The notes under the pieces: generated by a model
What the model saw: the letters and a program-made list of their open reading frames with translations, nothing else
Told to the model about the DNA's origin: nothing
The model's database searches: none
In this document: one piece after another, positions 60,327 through 64,000 of the stretch
Position numbering within the stretch: position 1 is the stretch's first letter
Layout: every line of letters begins with the position of its first letter
Origin: an uncultured bacterium
GTDB lineage: Bacteria; Zixibacteria; MSB-5A5; GN15; FEB-12
Direction of reading: 5' to 3'
Length of the DNA: 64,000 nt
NCBI GenBank assembly: GCA_965603125.1
Contig: CBFDBU010000005.1
Location: 17,359 to 81,358 of the forward strand
Made by a program: the position numbers and the translations under genes

Positions 60327-61412
60327 ATGGGAGCGAAGGCTATGATATTGCTGAGCAAAAAGTCGTGGTTATGGCCGTTTGTGGCGGTTGTTGGGCTGGC
60401 GGTGTACCTTGTGTCCTGCGATGGGAAAGCCACCCAACCCAAGCCTGTACCAGACGACCCCAAGGACTACCGGGTGTACATGTGGGATGCGGAACATCCT
60501 TGCTGGCGGTTTGGGTATCACCCTACTACCGGCCAAGTCGACTCCTTCTACGCGTGGTGCGACGGGGTTTCCATGGAGATCTCGCCCGACGGCAAGACCG
60601 GGTACCTCATTGTGGGGAATCTTCCCGGTACGTACGTAGTTGACCTCGACTCATTACAGAATGGCGATACCTTGACGGTTCTGGACCAACTGCCATACGC
60701 GGTCTTGGCGTTCTCCCCGAACGGAGAGTTGATGGCGGTGTACAAGGATGACGGCCTGTATGTGCTGTGGAGTTCCGACTACTCAGTCCTCTACCGGGAC
60801 ACGGCCAACATCGGCTTTCAGGCTTTTTCGAGCAACAGCGAGCGGTTATATGGCGGGGGGCGCGGAGTATGCGTCGTAGACTTGTCCGACACTCTCTTCC
60901 CGATAACCAGGAAGAGCTTCATCTATGGATCCGTTTATGCTGTGGCGCCCTCGCTGGACGAGACAAGGTGGTTTCTGTATCTGAAGGCTTGGACAGGGGA
61001 TTTCTACTTCGCTGTCTACGATGTTACCCTTGATTCAGTCATCTTCGCCGACTACCTCGTCCCCGGCCACGGGGAGCTTGAGTTAAGCCGGGATGGCAGG
61101 TATGTTTTCTACTCCAACCCCGGAACCATGGCGGGAGGAAAGCCGGGACCTCCCTGGTTCACTGTCTACGATGTTGAGAAGAACGCCATCCACAAACAGA
61201 TCAGCACCGTCGGACTGTTTGAACCGCCCTATGAGGACGGTATCCCGGTCGGTGAATTCTGCCGCACACCTGACGGTCGCCGGCTGGCGATTGCGGGGGC
61301 GGGGTTCCCTCACCTGCTGACGCTGGATATTGCCGCAATGGAGATAACCACGTACATCAAGGCCGGTAGTGGGAGGCGGTTTCAGTTCCTGAGATGTCAA
61401 AACGCTCCATAG
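60327..61412 (+). CDS. lipoprotein with beta-propeller-type repeats, paralog 1
   Basis: Lipobox YLVSC. Recurring SPDG/SPNG/SRDG/TPDG blade-like motifs. The start is ATG 60327 or 60342. Confidence 0.7.
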   Translation: MGAKAMILLSKKSWLWPFVAVVGLAVYLVSCDGKATQPKPVPDDPKDYRVYMWDAEHPCWRFGYHPTTGQVDSFYAWCDGVSMEISPDGKTGYLIVGNLPGTYVVDLDSLQNGDTLTVLDQLPYAVLAFSPNGELMAVYKDDGLYVLWSSDYSVLYRDTANIGFQAFSSNSERLYGGGRGVCVVDLSDTLFPITRKSFIYGSVYAVAPSLDETRWFLYLKAWTGDFYFAVYDVTLDSVIFADYLVPGHGELELSRDGRYVFYSNPGTMAGGKPGPPWFTVYDVEKNAIHKQISTVGLFEPPYEDGIPVGEFCRTPDGRRLAIAGAGFPHLLTLDIAAMEITTYIKAGSGRRFQFLRCQNAP

Positions 61413-61438
61413 GGAGCATAATCGAGGAAGTAAGGGCC

Positions 61439-61461
61439 GTCGGAACCGCAGTGGTTCCGAC
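61439..61461. repeat. single REP hairpin (half REPIN) at the duplication junction
   Basis: GTCGGAACCGCAGTGGTTCCGAC, matching the right half of the copy at 60011..60067. Confidence 0.75.
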
Positions 61462-61480
61462 AACCACTATCGAAAAACTC

Positions 61481-61509
61481 TTGCTATCAAGCCGGGTGTG
61501 TCTTATCCT
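61481..61509 (+). promoter_or_regulatory. possible promoter of lipoprotein paralog 2
   Basis: TTGCTA-N17-TATCCT, identical to 60087..60115. Confidence 0.35.
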
Positions 61510-61569
61510 TCAGTGTGAGTGAGTTTAGCTAAACAGGCGACGCAGAAACATAACAGAGGAGGATCGCCT

Positions 61570-61581
61570 ATGGAGAACTGA
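61570..61581 (+). other. 3-codon leader mini-ORF (Met-Glu-Asn-stop), copy 2
   Basis: AGGAGG lies 7 nt before ATG GAG AAC TGA. Confidence 0.35.
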
Positions 61582-61718
61582 GTCAGGCCCTAAAGGGGAA
61601 TGCAACAGATAGTATTGGGCGGCGTAATTCAGGTCAAATGGACCGAGGGGCCAAAACATCCGGTTTGACAAAATGATACTCCGGCTCGTTATTGGTTGGA
61701 GTTGATCAAAAGAAGCGT

Positions 61719-62798
61719 ATGGGAGCGAAGGCTATGATATTGCTGAGCAGAAAGCTGTGGTTATGGTCGTTTGTGGCGGTTCTGGGGCTGGTGGTGTACC
61801 TTGTGTCTTGCGATGGGAAAGCCACCCAATTCCAGCACGTACCAGACGACCCCAAGGACTACCGGGTCTATTTCTGTGATCCGGAGGGTACTCCTCAGCT
61901 TTTCATCTATCACCCCGTGACCCGGCATGTCGATTCGATAGAAATCCCCTGGTCCGGTGTGAGGTCGATGACAGCTTCGGCCGACGGCCAACGTCTCTAC
62001 CTTACACTGGAGACCTCCGTGATCGTGGTTGACGCCGAATCACTAATGTTCATAGCTGAGTTGACGCTCGGTGGCAAAGGCGCCGTTGCAGTCTCGCCCG
62101 ATGGCCAACTCCTGGCTACTGGCAGCGGTGGTGGGCTTGTCATCCTTGATGGGTCAGATTACTCTGTCGTTTTTCAGGATACCGCACCGGGGGTCGGTGT
62201 CTTTTCCAGCAACAGCCAGAGATTCTATGGTTCAACCGAAACAGAAGTATACAAACTGGATCTATCCGACACTCCGTTCTCAATAACCACAAGGACTTTT
62301 CCGGATGGTTCTATAACTAGCATGATCCCTTCGCCCGATGAAACGAAGTGGTTTCTCTATGTGAGGATTGGAACGTTCGCATCAGTTTTTAGAGTCTACG
62401 ATGTTCCGATGGACTCCATAATATTCAGCGACTGGATTATGCCGGGTTACGGTCAGATCGCAATCACACCGGACGGGAGATATGTATTCTACAGCAACCC
62501 TGGCCGTGATGCGGTCGTGTTCCCACGGGACCTGTGTTTTACGGTCTTTGATGTTGAGGCCAACAAGATCGACCGGGTTGTATCAGATACCGACTTCTTC
62601 ACCGGTCCAAGCTGGGTTGCCCCCCCCAATAGGATGGCCATCACCCCGGACGGCCGCTGGTTGGTGATGCTGGGTGGCTCGCTTGCCCTGCGGGTTCTGT
62701 ATCTGTATGACATCCAAACGGGGCTCCTTGTGCATCGCGAAGATTGGGGGGGGAGTGGACATATATTTACGAATGTGACCGTTCAAAATGCGATGTAA
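61719..62798 (+). CDS. lipoprotein with beta-propeller-type repeats, paralog 2
   Basis: The signal peptide and lipobox are nearly identical to paralog 1. The mature part is about 40-45% identical by eye, with SADG/SPDG/TPDG repeats. Confidence 0.7.
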   Translation: MGAKAMILLSRKLWLWSFVAVLGLVVYLVSCDGKATQFQHVPDDPKDYRVYFCDPEGTPQLFIYHPVTRHVDSIEIPWSGVRSMTASADGQRLYLTLETSVIVVDAESLMFIAELTLGGKGAVAVSPDGQLLATGSGGGLVILDGSDYSVVFQDTAPGVGVFSSNSQRFYGSTETEVYKLDLSDTPFSITTRTFPDGSITSMIPSPDETKWFLYVRIGTFASVFRVYDVPMDSIIFSDWIMPGYGQIAITPDGRYVFYSNPGRDAVVFPRDLCFTVFDVEANKIDRVVSDTDFFTGPSWVAPPNRMAITPDGRWLVMLGGSLALRVLYLYDIQTGLLVHREDWGGSGHIFTNVTVQNAM

Positions 62799-62823
62799 AC
62801 TATAAACGTAAGGAGAATTGATC

Positions 62824-64000
62824 ATGAGGAAACTGAGATTGGTCGTAGGAAGTCTTGCTGTGATCATATTGACAGCTGGACAGGGCTTGGCCCATCATTA
62901 CTATGGCGGTGGCAACGCCATTCCTTTGAAGGTGGATTCTTCGAAAGTGACAATCAAATTCGACGAGGCATTTCCCAGTGCCAATCAGCAAGCCTTGCTT
63001 GCCGGTATCGACCGCATAGTCGGCGTGGTAGCCGATGACCATGCTATAGACGATTTCATGGTCTGTACCCTGTCTACCGGGGAGAACTATTATAATTTCG
63101 CGGACTCGGTCGAAGCTCTTGACGGCGTTTACTCGGTTGAGCCGTTTTATCGAAACCAATCCGATTCCGCCTTCCTGGTCGGGACGCGTCTCTGTGTCGC
63201 CTTCGAGGAGAATCTATCAAGTGCTCAGATAGAGAGCATCAATACGGCATACAACACTGTAATCGACCACGAGGTGCCTGGGATGCCAAATGTTTACGTA
63301 CTGAGAAATACCGATTCATCCGGTTACGGTTTGCTTGATCTTGCGAATACATACTACGAGATGTCCGAGACCCGCTATTCACATCCAGAGTTCGGTGTGT
63401 GGATTCAGAAACATGCGTATAAGCTGTACGATTACTATGCCGACTATCAGCCACACACTAAGAGAGTTATCGGCGAGTTCAACACCGCCTCGGTGTGGGA
63501 CTTTGCAGGTTTGCAGCGTCCTATTACAGTGGCTGTTATTGATGACGGTGTAGATCCCCACGAGGACTTACCGGCATCCAGACTGCTGCCCGGTTACGAT
63601 TATGCCGACACAGATAACGATCCAAGCCCCGGTTATAAATGTGCTCATGGTATGGCATGTGCTGGAATAATCGCGGCGTCTCATACTACGGACAGCATTG
63701 CCGGGCTGCAAAGCTCAAGCGGCACGATATCTCTATACCCCTTTGTCAACGTCTTGCCTATCAAGATATTCCATGATGGCTGTGATGCTGTTGGAATATA
63801 TCCTTCTGATCTGGCAGCCGGTATCACCGCCGCCTATGCAAGCGGAGCGGATGTGCTGTCAAATAGTTGGGGATATGGATTCAGCGGACCCGGCGATGAC
63901 GATTATGATGTCCTCAGTGAAGCTATTGAGAACGCCACTCTTCTCGGACGTGGAGGCTGCGGCTGTCCGGTGATCTTCTCGGCGGGTAATGCCCATCCGT
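62824..64000 (+). CDS. subtilisin-like serine protease (peptidase S8), truncated by the window end
   Basis: Not in the supplied ORF track because it has no stop inside the window. AAGGAG RBS, signal peptide MRKLRLVVGSLAVIILTAGQGLA, catalytic Asp (VAVIDDGVD) and His (HGMACAGIIAA) motifs, then SNSWG. The catalytic Ser region lies beyond 64000. Confidence 0.85.
   Translation, partial: MRKLRLVVGSLAVIILTAGQGLAHHYYGGGNAIPLKVDSSKVTIKFDEAFPSANQQALLAGIDRIVGVVADDHAIDDFMVCTLSTGENYYNFADSVEALDGVYSVEPFYRNQSDSAFLVGTRLCVAFEENLSSAQIESINTAYNTVIDHEVPGMPNVYVLRNTDSSGYGLLDLANTYYEMSETRYSHPEFGVWIQKHAYKLYDYYADYQPHTKRVIGEFNTASVWDFAGLQRPITVAVIDDGVDPHEDLPASRLLPGYDYADTDNDPSPGYKCAHGMACAGIIAASHTTDSIAGLQSSSGTISLYPFVNVLPIKIFHDGCDAVGIYPSDLAAGITAAYASGADVLSNSWGYGFSGPGDDDYDVLSEAIENATLLGRGGCGCPVIFSAGNAHP

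Larger units (their letters stand above)
60048..60480 (+). repeat. conserved 5' module (REP half + promoter + leader + signal peptide), copy 1
   Basis: Aligns with 61440..61870. One mismatch in the first ~120 nt, more mismatches in the middle of the leader, and near-identity again through the signal-peptide codons. Confidence 0.9.
61440..61870 (+). repeat. conserved 5' module, copy 2
   Basis: See copy 1 (60048..60480). Confidence 0.9.

Overview
64-kb chromosomal window, roughly 55-60% GC by eye. It comes from a diderm bacterium (BamD-, LptD- and LolA-like genes, strong Shine-Dalgarno usage); the lineage cannot be named from sequence alone. Most of the window is housekeeping backbone. On the + strand: a four-gene, translationally coupled membrane operon of unknown function, DUF72, an ABC-2 exporter pair, a PBP5-type carboxypeptidase and two nucleotide-sugar enzymes. 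On the - strand: a sugar ABC binding protein, a GT2 glycosyltransferase, leuS, and the classical rimP-nusA-infB-DUF503-rbfA-nrnA-truB-ribF-rpsO-pnp-M16 peptidase block. tRNA-Arg(CCG) is on the + strand. The - strand also carries a peptidoglycan-peptide recycling trio (NlpC/P60, L-Ala-D/L-Glu epimerase, amidase), aminotransferase-tkt, a tightly packed ftsK-lolA-like-rimO-slt-bamD-nadD-polA string followed by coaE, then hup, a large LptD-like protein, alaX, FAH, MATE and VOC. The accessory content is more interesting. (1) A family of about 64-bp GTAG-headed double-hairpin palindromes (REP/REPIN-like) shows compensatory stem covariation. Copies sit at the edges of three of the low-GC insertions or duplications in the window: a 107-bp tandem array behind DUF72, a low-GC orphan ORF, and an AT-rich two-gene cassette. 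They also mark the junction of a tandemly duplicated beta-propeller lipoprotein gene. (2) The two lipoprotein paralogs share an almost identical promoter, leader and signal-peptide module, including a conserved 3-codon mini-ORF behind a perfect AGGAGG, while their mature parts have diverged strongly. (3) The right end holds a secreted-protein cluster: an 858-aa protein with a C-terminal dockerin-like module, the two lipoproteins, and an S8 protease truncated by the window end. No CRISPR array, cas gene, integrase, transposase or recognisable defence gene was seen. All function calls rest on motif recognition by eye; no database search was possible.
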